A stretch of DNA of 64,000 nucleotides from Alphaproteobacteria bacterium (GTDB taxonomy: Bacteria; Pseudomonadota; Alphaproteobacteria; UBA828), in the NCBI GenBank assembly GCA_965237415.1, contig CBDEFM010000002.1, positions 768,001 to 832,000 of the forward strand, given 5' to 3'. Within the stretch, counting starts at the first letter, position 1. Every line of letters begins with the position of its first letter. Positions 46,305-55,480 of this stretch are shown one piece after another. The notes beneath the pieces were generated by a model. That model was not told the DNA's origin, ran no database searches, and saw only the letters and a list, made by a program, of their open reading frames with translations. The translations under genes were made by a program, and so were the position numbers.

Positions 46305-46766
46305 CTACAGCCTCGGCTTGAGCACGGTGTGGCTGCCGCCGTCGACGCCGAAGGTGGCGCCGAGCGCGTTGATGACGGCGGGCGCCGCGATCAGCGCCAC
46401 GCCGATGAGAATGGCGATGAGGCCCGAGCCGATGGTGGTCTGCTGCGGGTGGTCGACGTGGCGCTTCAGCTTCAGGAGGCCGAAGCCGACGATGGCGGCG
46501 CCGATGATGTAGAAGGCGATGGCGATGAGGCCGGGCACGGTCTCGAGGTCGCCGGCCGCCTCCTGGGCCATGTCGCCGAGGGAGACCGCGAGCGCCGGCC
46601 CGGCGCTCCACAGCCACCAGACGCCGATCAGCGCCGCGGCGAGCGGACCGGGCGGCGGCGCCATGCGCGGCCTCAGGCGGCGATCGCCGGCAGTCCGTTG
46701 GCGCAGGGAAATATTCAACTCCATCGGCAGGCGCCTGATGGGAATCGCGAGGCGTGTCGGGTTCAT
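46305..46766 (-). CDS. IcmD/DotP-like pilin-like membrane protein
   Basis: YIIGAAIVGFGLLKLKRHVDHPQQ...LIGVALIAAP. Confidence 0.7.
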   Translation of the reverse strand: MNPTRLAIPIRRLPMELNISLRQRTAGDRRLRPRMAPPPGPLAAALIGVWWLWSAGPALAVSLGDMAQEAAGDLETVPGLIAIAFYIIGAAIVGFGLLKLKRHVDHPQQTTIGSGLIAILIGVALIAAPAVINALGATFGVDGGSHTVLKPRL

Positions 46767-46780
46767 GCTCAAGAATCCTT

Positions 46781-47320
46781 TCACCGGATGGTCAGCGCCG
46801 TGATGCCGAGGCTGGTCTGGACCGCGTCGATGACGGCGGGGAGGTGCCAGGCGGCGATGCCGCCGGCCATGTGGGCGAAGGCGCGGGCGCCTGAGGCCCC
46901 GGGCCTCGCGTCGGCGGCGGCGCGGAGCACGAAGGCGCCCCGGATGAAGGCGAAGAGGCCGACGAGGGCGACCAGGGTGAACACGGCGGCAAGCAGCGCG
47001 TCGTAGTCCGCGCCGCGCCCGCCGTAGCCGAGGCTCGCGCTTCCCGGCAGCGGGTCGGCGCCGAACAGGCTCTCGCTCGCAGCCCCGAGCCACGACGGCA
47101 GCGCCGCCAGGACGATACAGATCAGGAAGCTGAGCGCCGTGCCGCCGCCGGAGGGGGTGTGGAACTTGTCCTCCGAGGTCTTGAGCAGCCGCAGCAGCCC
47201 CTGGGCGAAGGCGAAGAGCGCGAGCAGGTAGCAGAGCGCCGAGATCAGCAGCAGGAGGCCGGGCTCGAGATCGCGGACCAGCGCGATCATGGCCTGGTCC
47301 AGGCCTCTCGACTCACCCAT
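46781..47320 (-). CDS. IcmC/DotE/TraQ-like membrane protein
   Basis: Four TMs; YLLAL...GL..L and LVGLFAFIRG..VL...AH..GG. Confidence 0.7.
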   Translation of the reverse strand: MGESRGLDQAMIALVRDLEPGLLLLISALCYLLALFAFAQGLLRLLKTSEDKFHTPSGGGTALSFLICIVLAALPSWLGAASESLFGADPLPGSASLGYGGRGADYDALLAAVFTLVALVGLFAFIRGAFVLRAAADARPGASGARAFAHMAGGIAAWHLPAVIDAVQTSLGITALTIR

Positions 47321-48440
47321 CGCTGCCGTCCTGCGCGGACCCTTGCGCTCCGCCCGGCCGGCCTGCGAACACCACCACCAGCTCGGTGTCGCGCGGGATG
47401 CGCACGGTGGGCCCGTCCGGCGCGTTCTCGAGCAGGACGTCGCCGGCGGTCCGCGCCGCGCTGGCGAGGCCGGCGTTGACCGCGTCACGGGTCGCCGCCT
47501 CACGCCGCTCGTAGCGCACGTCGCCGTCGCCGATGCTGAGGCTCTCGGCCGGCCGGGCCAGCGCGGCAAGGAACCCCTCGGCGAAGCGCACCGCCGAGGG
47601 CAGCAGCACGCGGCTGAACCAGTGGCTATCGACCTCGCCCTCGACCCCGTAGCAGGCGCAGTCGAGGCCGACCGCCCAGGCGTCGACGGAGACGCTGCGC
47701 CCCCGGTATTCCAGGCGGGCGAGGCGCAGCACCAGGCGCTCGCCCACCAGGGTGAACGCGCCCGAGACCACGGCGCCCGCGAGCGGCGGCTCCAGCAGCT
47801 CCAGCAGCACCGGGCCGGGATAGTCGGAATCGACCGCATAGAGGGTGCGGGCGTAGATGCCGCGGCCTGCGGCCAGATGCGGTAAGATGGGCGCGGCCGC
47901 CTGCGGCTCCGGGCCTGCTGGTAGCGCCGTCACACCTCCTGGTGTTGTCGGGTCGGGGCCGCCGGCGGCTGCCGGGTACCAGGGCGTTCCCCTGTAGCGC
48001 AGCCGCACGATCTCGGGCGGGCGGGTCCAGCTCTCGATGAGCACGCCGATCAGGTCGCCGACGCCTGTTCCGTCGCCGCCCGGCGCCGGCCGTGCCGGCT
48101 GCTCCGGCCGTCTATACGCCTCGTAGGCCGGCTGCGGCCGCTGCGGCGCCGCCGGCGCATGGGCATCCCGCCGTCCACCGGCGTCCGCAGCCGCGTCCGC
48201 CCCGGGTGTCGTGCCCGGACCCTGGAACACCGGCATGAAGGTCTCGCCCGCCCGGCGGGCGGCGTCGAGGCGCTCGCGGTCGCGCTCGTCCAGCGTGTCG
48301 CGGTAGGCCGGCGGCACGCTGTCCTCGGGATCGAGTCTCGGGCCGCGGTTGTCCGGCACCTGGGCGAGCGCCGGAGCCGTCAGGCCCGCGGTCCAGAGGA
48401 CGGCCAGCAGTACACCTTTATACAGGGCGTCAGTTCTCAT
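47313..48440 (-). CDS. DotG/IcmE/TraO (VirB10-like), short form
   Basis: AG...YA....AVDSDYPGPVL; EVDSHWFSR..LPSA..F.EG; PTVRIP. Confidence 0.8.
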   Translation of the reverse strand: MRTDALYKGVLLAVLWTAGLTAPALAQVPDNRGPRLDPEDSVPPAYRDTLDERDRERLDAARRAGETFMPVFQGPGTTPGADAAADAGGRRDAHAPAAPQRPQPAYEAYRRPEQPARPAPGGDGTGVGDLIGVLIESWTRPPEIVRLRYRGTPWYPAAAGGPDPTTPGGVTALPAGPEPQAAAPILPHLAAGRGIYARTLYAVDSDYPGPVLLELLEPPLAGAVVSGAFTLVGERLVLRLARLEYRGRSVSVDAWAVGLDCACYGVEGEVDSHWFSRVLLPSAVRFAEGFLAALARPAESLSIGDGDVRYERREAATRDAVNAGLASAARTAGDVLLENAPDGPTVRIPRDTELVVVFAGRPGGAQGSAQDGSDG

Positions 48441-49416
48441 CGGCTGTCTCCGGCCAGGCGGCATCGCTTCCCGGGCGCCCGAGCGAGAGCCGCCGCGCCC
48501 TGCCGGCGTCGCTCACCAGGACCAGCGGGGTGTCGGCGAGGCGGTAGGCCCAGCGCCCGCCGGGGCCGCGCTCCGCCGCGAGCGGGCCGGGCGAGAGCAG
48601 ATGGGCACGGCTGAGAAGCAGCAGGTCCCCGCCCCGGCGCCAGGCGCGCTCGCCTGGCACCCCGCCCTCGATCGTGAGCCGCTCCGCGTCCGGCGGCACC
48701 GCGCCGCCCAGCAGGTCGAGCAGCACGGCATCGCCGGCGTGGAACCCGGAAGGCAGCGCCAGCGCGCCCGGATCGGCGTTGGGGCCGGCAACGCCGAGCC
48801 GGATGTCGACCCGAAAATCGACGTCGGCGCCGGTGCCCGTCAGCGACGCCACCACCGGCTCGGCGCGGCCGGCGAGCTTGACCACGGCGTTGCCCCTGAG
48901 ATACGCGGCGGAAGGCGCGAGATAGAGCAGGTGAGCGCTCCCCGACGCCTCTTCGTCCGCGCCGCCGTCCCTCGGCCCTGCGGGTCCGCCCGGCGGCAGG
49001 AAGCGGCGGTCGACCAGGGCCTCCTCGATGGGCCAGGGCGCGCCGGTCATGTCGGTGAAGGAGACCACGGTGACGTAGCCGCGCCGGAGCGCTATCGCGG
49101 GGACCGCGTCGCCGGTGCCGTCGAGGCGCACCCGCCGGACCCGTCCCCGGGGCGGGGCGCCGGCGCCTCTGGCCGTGGCCTCCTGGGTCTCGCGCAGCAG
49201 CCGTCCGAGGGTCTCGATCTGGTCCCGCGTGAAGGGCAGCGCGGCGCGGCCCTGGCGTGCCGCGTCCTCGTCCGCCAGCGCATGGCCGGGCCACGCGTCG
49301 GTCCCTCTCTCCAGCGGGGCCGCCGGCGCATCGCCCTGCGCCCATGCCGGCCCCGCCGCGGCGGCAACCAGCACCGCCGCCGCCGGCACCCATCGAAGCA
49401 GCCTGCGCATTCTCAC
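48430..49416 (-). CDS. DotH/IcmK/TraN core complex protein
   Basis: PFTRDQI, IALRRGYVTVVSFTDMTGAPWPI, GNAVVKL...PV, VDFRVDIR...GPNA, LL.GAVPP.A. Confidence 0.88.
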   Translation of the reverse strand: MRMRRLLRWVPAAAVLVAAAAGPAWAQGDAPAAPLERGTDAWPGHALADEDAARQGRAALPFTRDQIETLGRLLRETQEATARGAGAPPRGRVRRVRLDGTGDAVPAIALRRGYVTVVSFTDMTGAPWPIEEALVDRRFLPPGGPAGPRDGGADEEASGSAHLLYLAPSAAYLRGNAVVKLAGRAEPVVASLTGTGADVDFRVDIRLGVAGPNADPGALALPSGFHAGDAVLLDLLGGAVPPDAERLTIEGGVPGERAWRRGGDLLLLSRAHLLSPGPLAAERGPGGRWAYRLADTPLVLVSDAGRARRLSLGRPGSDAAWPETADEN

Positions 49417-50054
49417 GAGCCGCCTCCCTTGCTGGCGATGAGCTGCTCTATGGCGATGCCGGCGGGGCGCTCGTCGAGCGCCACGCGCATCACCAGCACC
49501 TGCGCGATCAGCTCCTGGCTGGCCCTGCGCGTGCCGGCCGCGAAGGTGACCAGGATGGGGAACTCGACGGCCCAGCCGACGCGGCCTCGGAAGTAGCGGG
49601 TGTCCACGATCACCGGCGCGCCCCGGGCCACCGCCGAGGCGACCTGCAAGTTCTCGCGAAGCCGGTCCAGGAACAGGCTCTCGTCGAGGCCCTTGAGGAA
49701 GGACTCGTAGCCCGCGTCGGTAAAATGCTCGCGGATGCCCGCGAGCCGCAGCCGCCAGTCGTGATGGCCGAGGGTGAAGGCCTCGGTGACGGCGGAGACC
49801 GTCCAGTTGCGGAGCGCCGCGTCCGACATGATCGGCTCGTCGAGCGGCGTCAGCGGCACCAGCCGTCCGTCCGGCGTCGCGGCGACGGCGATATAGACGG
49901 TGGAGTGCAGGTAGACGTAGCCGGCGAAGGCGGCCGCCGTCAGCACGTTGCAGACCAGCAGCCAGGCGGCGGCCCGGCGCCAGCCGTGGTGCTGGTCGCG
50001 GTGGAAGGCGAATGTCCTGGCCGCGGCGCGCACGGCCTGCAGGCGGCTACTCAA
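49413..50054 (-). CDS. DotI/IcmL/TraM
   Basis: ATPDGRLVPLTPLDEPIMSDAALRNW...AFT...DWR..L....HFTDAGYESF..L. Confidence 0.9.
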   Translation of the reverse strand: MSSRLQAVRAAARTFAFHRDQHHGWRRAAAWLLVCNVLTAAAFAGYVYLHSTVYIAVAATPDGRLVPLTPLDEPIMSDAALRNWTVSAVTEAFTLGHHDWRLRLAGIREHFTDAGYESFLKGLDESLFLDRLRENLQVASAVARGAPVIVDTRYFRGRVGWAVEFPILVTFAAGTRRASQELIAQVLVMRVALDERPAGIAIEQLIASKGGGS

Positions 50055-51414
50055 GGCCCGCTTCCGGCCCGAGGGTCTCCGGCCCGAGGGTCTCCGGCAC
50101 GAGTGTCTCCGGCACGAGTGTCTCCGGCCCGAGTGTCTCCGGCCCGAGGGTCTCCGGCCCCAGGGTCTCCCGGAGCCAGGCGTCCGCGTCGTCCACGTCG
50201 CCGACGCGCATGCCGACGGTGCCCTCGCGCGTGCGCCAGACGATCAGCGGCACCGCGTCGGCGCCCCAGGCGTCGAAGAGCGCGTTGTTGCGGGCGATTT
50301 TTTCTGCGCCGCGTCTGTCCGCCGGGCGTCGGGCATCCTCGAACCAGGCCAGCGCCGGGTCGGGGCTCGCGGCGACGCCGGCGGCCAGCCGCGCCGCATC
50401 GGCGCCGAGGATCCCCGTGTAGCCCGCCGGACAGGAGCCGCTCTTCGTCTCCTCATGCGTGGTCTCGCCGATCTCGGGCTCGGGCGGCGGCGGCAGGGCC
50501 TCGCCGGTCCAGCAGCTCGTCGACACGAACTGCGGCGGCCCCAGGCTCTCGCCGCCGGCCGTCACCGTCTTGAGACGCCGCCAGACCTCGCGGCCTTCCA
50601 TCCGCCGGTCGTGCGGCGGTCCTGCGTCCCAGTGGCAGGCCAGCGTGTAGTGCTCCCACTGGCTGTAGTCGGCCCGGCAGAGGTCGATCGACAGCTCCCA
50701 GGGGCCGAAGACCGGATCGCCGGCCCGGTTGCCGCGCCCGTCATGGGCCTGCGTCGCCTCGCGGATCAGGGTGCGGCCGGCGCCGTGCTCGCCGTCGGGG
50801 CAGGGCTCCTCCCGGGTCTCGCGCGTCACCCGGTCGGTCAGGTGCACGAAGGGATCGCGCACCCCGCCCGCGAGCGCCGCGCGGCCCGAGGGCAGGGGGC
50901 CGCCGGCCCCCGCCGCCGACAGGCAGGCGGGCAGCGTCACCCCGGCGCGCCCCGCGCCGCCGTGCGCCGTGCCGCTCTCCAGCCAGTGCAGCACCGGGCG
51001 ATCGCCGCCGTCATAGGCGTGCGGTGCGGCATGCACCGCCCGGTGGTCGGAGCCTGTGCCCTTCAGCGCCTCCGGCGCCAGGTAGACCAGCAGGGTGTCG
51101 TCGCAGTAGCGGGCCTCGAGCCCGCGCGCCGTCCACCCCGCCTGCCAGCCCGTCGCCGCCGGCGGCACGGCACCGGGCCACGACGTGGCAGCGCCCGACT
51201 CCTCGAGGATGAAGGTCTCCAGCCGGCGCCACGCCGCCTCGACCGCGCCTGCGTGAGCCAGCGCCTCCTGGCGGTAGACCCGCTCGTCCCCGGAAACCTG
51301 GCCGTGCGCCGTCGCCGCTGCGGCCAGCACCGTCACGCTGGCCCCTGCCAGCAGCCACACCTGCATCCAACCCCTGCGCCGGGGCGTCCCTCTATCCACC
51401 GTCGTCCGTTCCAT
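50047..51414 (-). CDS. apparent fusion of a PilV-like Cys-rich minor pilin/adhesin N-part with a DsbG/DsbC-like C-terminal half
   Basis: Basic leader RRRG|WMQVWLL followed by a hydrophobic stretch; CPDGEHG and CPAGYTG repeats; then ILGADAARLAA...PDPALAW...IARNNALF..WG..AVPLIVW with no CxxC. Confidence 0.55.
   Translation of the reverse strand: MERTTVDRGTPRRRGWMQVWLLAGASVTVLAAAATAHGQVSGDERVYRQEALAHAGAVEAAWRRLETFILEESGAATSWPGAVPPAATGWQAGWTARGLEARYCDDTLLVYLAPEALKGTGSDHRAVHAAPHAYDGGDRPVLHWLESGTAHGGAGRAGVTLPACLSAAGAGGPLPSGRAALAGGVRDPFVHLTDRVTRETREEPCPDGEHGAGRTLIREATQAHDGRGNRAGDPVFGPWELSIDLCRADYSQWEHYTLACHWDAGPPHDRRMEGREVWRRLKTVTAGGESLGPPQFVSTSCWTGEALPPPPEPEIGETTHEETKSGSCPAGYTGILGADAARLAAGVAASPDPALAWFEDARRPADRRGAEKIARNNALFDAWGADAVPLIVWRTREGTVGMRVGDVDDADAWLRETLGPETLGPETLGPETLVPETLVPETLGPETLGPEAGLE
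50063..50170. repeat. 15-bp tandem repeat, about 7 copies, encoding ETL(G/V)P
   Basis: Unit GAG(G/T)GTCTCCGGC(C/A)C repeated with no spacers. Confidence 0.95.
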
Positions 51415-52804
51415 CGTCACCCTCCGTTCCTCCGATATGTCCGCTCGCGGCGCCCTCTCCCGGCGCCTCCCCGGAAACCACGCCGAGCGCACGGAGCTGC
51501 GATGCCGCGACCGTCACGGGCGCCGCCGGCCGGCCTTCCAGGCGCCATCCGCCCTCCGCCCCGCGCGTGAGCGCGGTGAGCTCCAGCCCGGCGATGCCGC
51601 CCGTGCGCGCAATGAGCCACGACAGCGGCCCGGGATCGTCGATCCGCACCGTCCATGCGCCCTTGGCGTCGCGGGCGTAGCCGAGCCGCGCGCCGCGCGC
51701 GCCGAGGACTCCGTCCACGGCCTTGCGCAGCGCGAGGAACGGCGGGACCGCTTCGTCCGCGATGCGCAGCACCGGCGCCAGCGGCGCCACGGCCCAGGCC
51801 CGCCCGTCGGCCACCGCGCCCGCGTGCCAGCGCGCGAGGTGGTTCTCGGCCAGGCGGCGCTGCATCGCCGCCGCATGGCCCGGCCGCAGGCGCCAGCGCA
51901 CCAGCAGCACCGGGCGGCCCGCGAGCTCGGGCCTGAGACCGGTCAGCTCGGGATCGGCGAAGCGGGCGGCGCAGGCGATGCGCTCGATCCGCCAGCCCGG
52001 CAGGAAGGGTGGACGCTCGATCAGCGCCCGCCGGCAGGCCGCGATCAGCGCGGCGCCGTCGACGGCCACCGCCGCCGTCGGCTCCGGGCGCAGCAGCGCC
52101 GGGCCCACCTCGGACACCGGCCCCGCGAGCCATTGCACGAGCGCGTCGCGCCCGAGCCAGGCCCCCGTGATGGCGGCCAGCACCGCCAGGCCGAGTGCGG
52201 CGGAGAGCCGCCGGCGTCCCTGCCGCCGTCCCGCCGCAGTCCGGCTCAGCTCGATCGCGGCGCCGGCCCGGGACGCGGCCTCGGCGATCGCCGCCGCATC
52301 CAGGGCCGCGATCTCCGTGCCGGGCGCGCGGAGCTCCGCCAACAGGCCCGGCGTCGCATGCAGCGCCCAGCCCAGCGCACGCGCGCGCTCGAAGGCCGCC
52401 AGCGCCGCCGCCCTGTCGTCGAAAACCTCGTCTCCGTCGGCCAGCACCGCCCCGCCTCTGGCTTTCACCAGCGCGTAGCGGCGCTGACCGCCGTCCGCCT
52501 CCCCCTCCACCAACGCCATCCAGAACTCGCCGTCGACATGATCGAGCAGCGCCAGCGCCAGCGCCGGCAGAGCCTCAGGCTCAAGACCTGCAAGGCCAAG
52601 ACCCTCAGGGCCAAGACCCGCAGGGCCGGCGCCCTCGGGAGCGTCCGCCCCGTCACCTGCCGCGAAGCCGGTGCGATCGCCGTGGTGCACGCACCAGGGC
52701 CGGCCCAGACGCCGCGCCGCGCGCGCGGTGGCGCCGGGGCCGACCCTGGCCAGCCAGTAGAGGCCCGCGGCAAAACGCCGGCCGCCGACGGCGATGACGC
52801 TCAC
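51392..52804 (-). CDS. pilO: type IVb pilus accessory protein PilO
   Basis: VIAVGGRRFAAGLYW; V..R.GAVLADGD; central TM; C...L...P..LPGW....C; directly after the secretin gene. Confidence 0.7.
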   Translation of the reverse strand: MSVIAVGGRRFAAGLYWLARVGPGATARAARRLGRPWCVHHGDRTGFAAGDGADAPEGAGPAGLGPEGLGLAGLEPEALPALALALLDHVDGEFWMALVEGEADGGQRRYALVKARGGAVLADGDEVFDDRAAALAAFERARALGWALHATPGLLAELRAPGTEIAALDAAAIAEAASRAGAAIELSRTAAGRRQGRRRLSAALGLAVLAAITGAWLGRDALVQWLAGPVSEVGPALLRPEPTAAVAVDGAALIAACRRALIERPPFLPGWRIERIACAARFADPELTGLRPELAGRPVLLVRWRLRPGHAAAMQRRLAENHLARWHAGAVADGRAWAVAPLAPVLRIADEAVPPFLALRKAVDGVLGARGARLGYARDAKGAWTVRIDDPGPLSWLIARTGGIAGLELTALTRGAEGGWRLEGRPAAPVTVAASQLRALGVVSGEAPGEGAASGHIGGTEGDDGTDDGG

Positions 52805-54429
52805 AACGCCTCTCCCGGGCTCTCGGAGAGGCCGAGCGGCGCGCCGACCGACGCCGTCACCAGCAGCACCTGCTCGTGCCGCGCCAGCGCTCCCCGGCGG
52901 GTGCCGCCGGGAAGCGGGAAGTCCTCGTGGAAGGTGCCGGAGCCTTCGGCCTCGGCGCGGGATCCCGAGAAGCCGCTCACCAGCAGGGTCTCGCCGCGCC
53001 CGATCTTCTGGCTCACCTGCACCGCCCGGCTGGCATAGGCCGGGAGCTGGATCGACCGCCCGCCGGATGAGAACTCCCGGAACACGGGGCGGTCGCGCAG
53101 GGACGCGAACAGCCGCACCAGCACCTCGCCGGGGCCGGTGATACGCGGGATGTAGCTCATGGCGAAGCCCGACGAGACCGTGCCCGGCACCAGCTCGGTC
53201 TGGGCGATGCCGTCGCCCGCCGTGGTGCGGCTCTCCTTGAGATAGGCCTCCTTGAAGAGCTCGAAGAACTGCGCCGGCTTGCCGTTGAGCGAGGGGATGT
53301 CGGCCGAGAGCACCCGCGACACCGTGCCCGCCCGCGAGAGCGCCCGGACGGTCGCCGACAAGGTGTCGCCTACCGCCGCCGACGGCCTGATCAGCGCGAT
53401 CGACTCCGGCGACACCGCGAGCTCCGCCGACGACCCGAACAGCTCGGCCACCGCCGCCGCGATGCCGATCCCGTAATCCGCCTCGCGCTCGCGGCGCACC
53501 GAATAGACGTGCACCGAGAGCGTCACCGGGCGCAGCACCTCGCGGTTGAGCCAGGAGAGGAACGCGCGCACCCGCGCCACGTCGCCGGGCGTGCCGGTGA
53601 CCACGAGAGAGGCGCTCGACGGCGCCGCCGCCACCACAGCCCCCGGCCCGGCCAGCGCCCTGGTCTGCGCCTCGATCTCGGGCCAGGGGTCATAGTCGGT
53701 CTCGCTGGCGATCGACTGGCTGGTCGTCACCGCGCCGCCTTCCTCGCCGCCCTCCGCCCCATCGTCGGTCGAGGCCGACGCCGCGTAGCGCTGCCTCCCC
53801 GCAAGAGCATGGATGCGGAACGCCACCGAGCGCCGCCGCACGATCTCGATCTCTTCGCGGTCCTCGTCGTAGCGCCACTCGTAGCCGGCCGGCCGCGTCC
53901 AGGCGTCGAGCAGCGCGTCCAGCGGCCCGGTCCAGACCCCGCCTTCCGGCGAGAGCCGGTCGATCCCGGCCAGGGAGTCCCGGCGGGACGCGCCCGCGCC
54001 CTCCGCTGCCGGGCCGGTGAGGCGCACCGGCAGCCCCGTCGCCGCCTCGATGCGCCGCGCCAGCACCGCAGCCTCGGCGATCCCGGCGAGCGGCAGGGTC
54101 ACGGCATCGGCCTCGAGCAGCCGTGCCGGGAGCGCGCGCCGGGGCGCTTCCTCCAGACGCGCGAGCCCGAGCCAGGGGCGGCGCTCGACGACCCGGATCG
54201 CCGAGAAGCGGGGCGCCGGCGCCGCGTCTCTCAACGCCGCCACCCGGCGCGCCGCCTCCTCGGTCTCGCCGCGCGCGAGCTCCAGCGTCGCATCGCCGCA
54301 GCCCGCGAGCAGAGCGGCGGCGAACACGACCGCAGCCGCGCCTCCCGGCCCGATCCCCAAGTACCGCTCAAGTATCCGGAGGGCGATGGTCCGGCTCGCC
54401 CGAAACCCCAAGTAGCGCCGCGCCGTCAT
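52801..54429 (-). CDS. pilN: type IVb pilus secretin PilN (lipoprotein)
   Basis: Lipobox LLAGC; LVVTGTP..V, LNGKPA, ELVPGTVSSGF, SIQLP, GETLLVSGF. Confidence 0.85.
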   Translation of the reverse strand: MTARRYLGFRASRTIALRILERYLGIGPGGAAAVVFAAALLAGCGDATLELARGETEEAARRVAALRDAAPAPRFSAIRVVERRPWLGLARLEEAPRRALPARLLEADAVTLPLAGIAEAAVLARRIEAATGLPVRLTGPAAEGAGASRRDSLAGIDRLSPEGGVWTGPLDALLDAWTRPAGYEWRYDEDREEIEIVRRRSVAFRIHALAGRQRYAASASTDDGAEGGEEGGAVTTSQSIASETDYDPWPEIEAQTRALAGPGAVVAAAPSSASLVVTGTPGDVARVRAFLSWLNREVLRPVTLSVHVYSVRREREADYGIGIAAAVAELFGSSAELAVSPESIALIRPSAAVGDTLSATVRALSRAGTVSRVLSADIPSLNGKPAQFFELFKEAYLKESRTTAGDGIAQTELVPGTVSSGFAMSYIPRITGPGEVLVRLFASLRDRPVFREFSSGGRSIQLPAYASRAVQVSQKIGRGETLLVSGFSGSRAEAEGSGTFHEDFPLPGGTRRGALARHEQVLLVTASVGAPLGLSESPGEAL

Positions 54430-54459
54430 CCCGTCGGTGCCCCTGCACAAGCTGCGAAG

Positions 54460-54600
54460 GGGCGCAGGAAAGCCCTCGGTAGTCCGGCTGTCAACCCCAT
54501 TACATGAATGATATCAGGTACTTAGGGCGCTCTCTGACACCCTGTGGCAGCCTCCTGCGCTCTCCTGCGGCCTATGACACGTAGAAAATAAATTCGGCTT
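54460..54600 (-). promoter_or_regulatory. putative promoter/regulatory region of the transfer operon
   Basis: TTGACA on the minus strand at 54489-54494; CTCCTGCG twice at 10-bp spacing; TGACAC twice; AT-rich relative to flanks. Confidence 0.4.
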
Positions 54601-54916
54601 CTGCGCGTCGCCGGCCCGACGGCGCCGCGCCGCCCCGGCACCGGGTTTTTGAGATTCGTTCCAATGATGAGAGGGATAAGCTTTTTGCACTCAAGCATTT
54701 ACATCGAGAACGTCTTCTACGTTACGAAGAGCCCGTCCCCGGCAGCACGAACACTTGCACACGACGGACCGTAAACCCGGCCCCGCTGGCGTCCCGTGGT
54801 ACGCCTCGGCGCCACCCCTCCCATCGTGTCCCGCCGCACGGCCGGCACGGGCAGGCCGAGTCGCGGCATGACAGCGCAGCCGGCACCGCGGCCGTGCCCG
54901 CGACGGCTCGCCGCAA

Positions 54917-54954
54917 TCCCGGATCCCCACAGTCCCGGATCCCCACGGTCCCGG
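54917..54954. repeat. 16-bp tandem repeat, about 2.4 copies
   Basis: TCCCGGATCCCCACAG TCCCGGATCCCCACGG TCCCGG. Confidence 0.75.
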
Positions 54955-54961
54955 CAGGCCG

Positions 54962-55165
54962 TCACGTGGCCTCGCCGATGAAGCGCTGCTTGCGCTCCGC
55001 CATCCAGCCGTCGAGGTCGACGATGTCGTAGATCACCTTGCGCCCCACCTTGCTGTAGGGCGGCCCGTCGCCGGTCTCCCGCATGCGGTGGAGCGTGCGC
55101 GGGCTTATGCGGAGATAGGCCGCGGCCTGCCTGGCATCGAGATAGCGCGGACTGGGCTCGCTCAT
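54962..55165 (-). CDS. HTH_17 excisionase-like protein (RdfS-like)
   Basis: RYLDARQAAAYLRISPRTL.RMR..GDGPPY.KVGRKVIY...DLDGW. Confidence 0.88.
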   Translation of the reverse strand: MSEPSPRYLDARQAAAYLRISPRTLHRMRETGDGPPYSKVGRKVIYDIVDLDGWMAERKQRFIGEAT

Positions 55166-55480
55166 GGCGGGGCTCCCCGGATCGGTTCCGACCGCAGTGA
55201 ACCACCGCGCCCGCCCGCAAGGCAGGGACGAACTGCGCCTCCCGCTGTCGTCCGCCCTGGAGCTGCCGGGAGATGCCCCGAGCTGCCATCCCCGGCCGCT
55301 CCCGGATCCGGTCGCCGCATTCCCATACGGGTTCGCTGCGCCGCGCCGCCTCTTGCCGGCGGCGGCCCATGCGGCGCCCGCTCTCTCGGGCGGGGACGAA
55401 CCGGGGAGCGCTGCGGGATGCCGCCGCACGAGACGCCCGGTCTCGAGGCGCGAGGCCGCGAACCGCGGCGCGCCCGTGTA

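Noticed and set aside
36774-50054. Legionella-type effector secretion (virulence) system
   Set aside because: ssb, VirD4, AlpA and excisionase-like genes point to conjugation; no DotL/DotM/IcmSW or effectors are seen.
50063-50170. Regular repeat considered as a CRISPR array
   Set aside because: Units are contiguous 15-mers without spacers, lie in a coding frame, and no cas genes are present.
54560-54571. 12-bp match (CTCTCCTGCGGC) to the putative att core
   Set aside because: Inverted orientation, short and GC-rich, and no tRNA context; it cannot be the direct-repeat partner.
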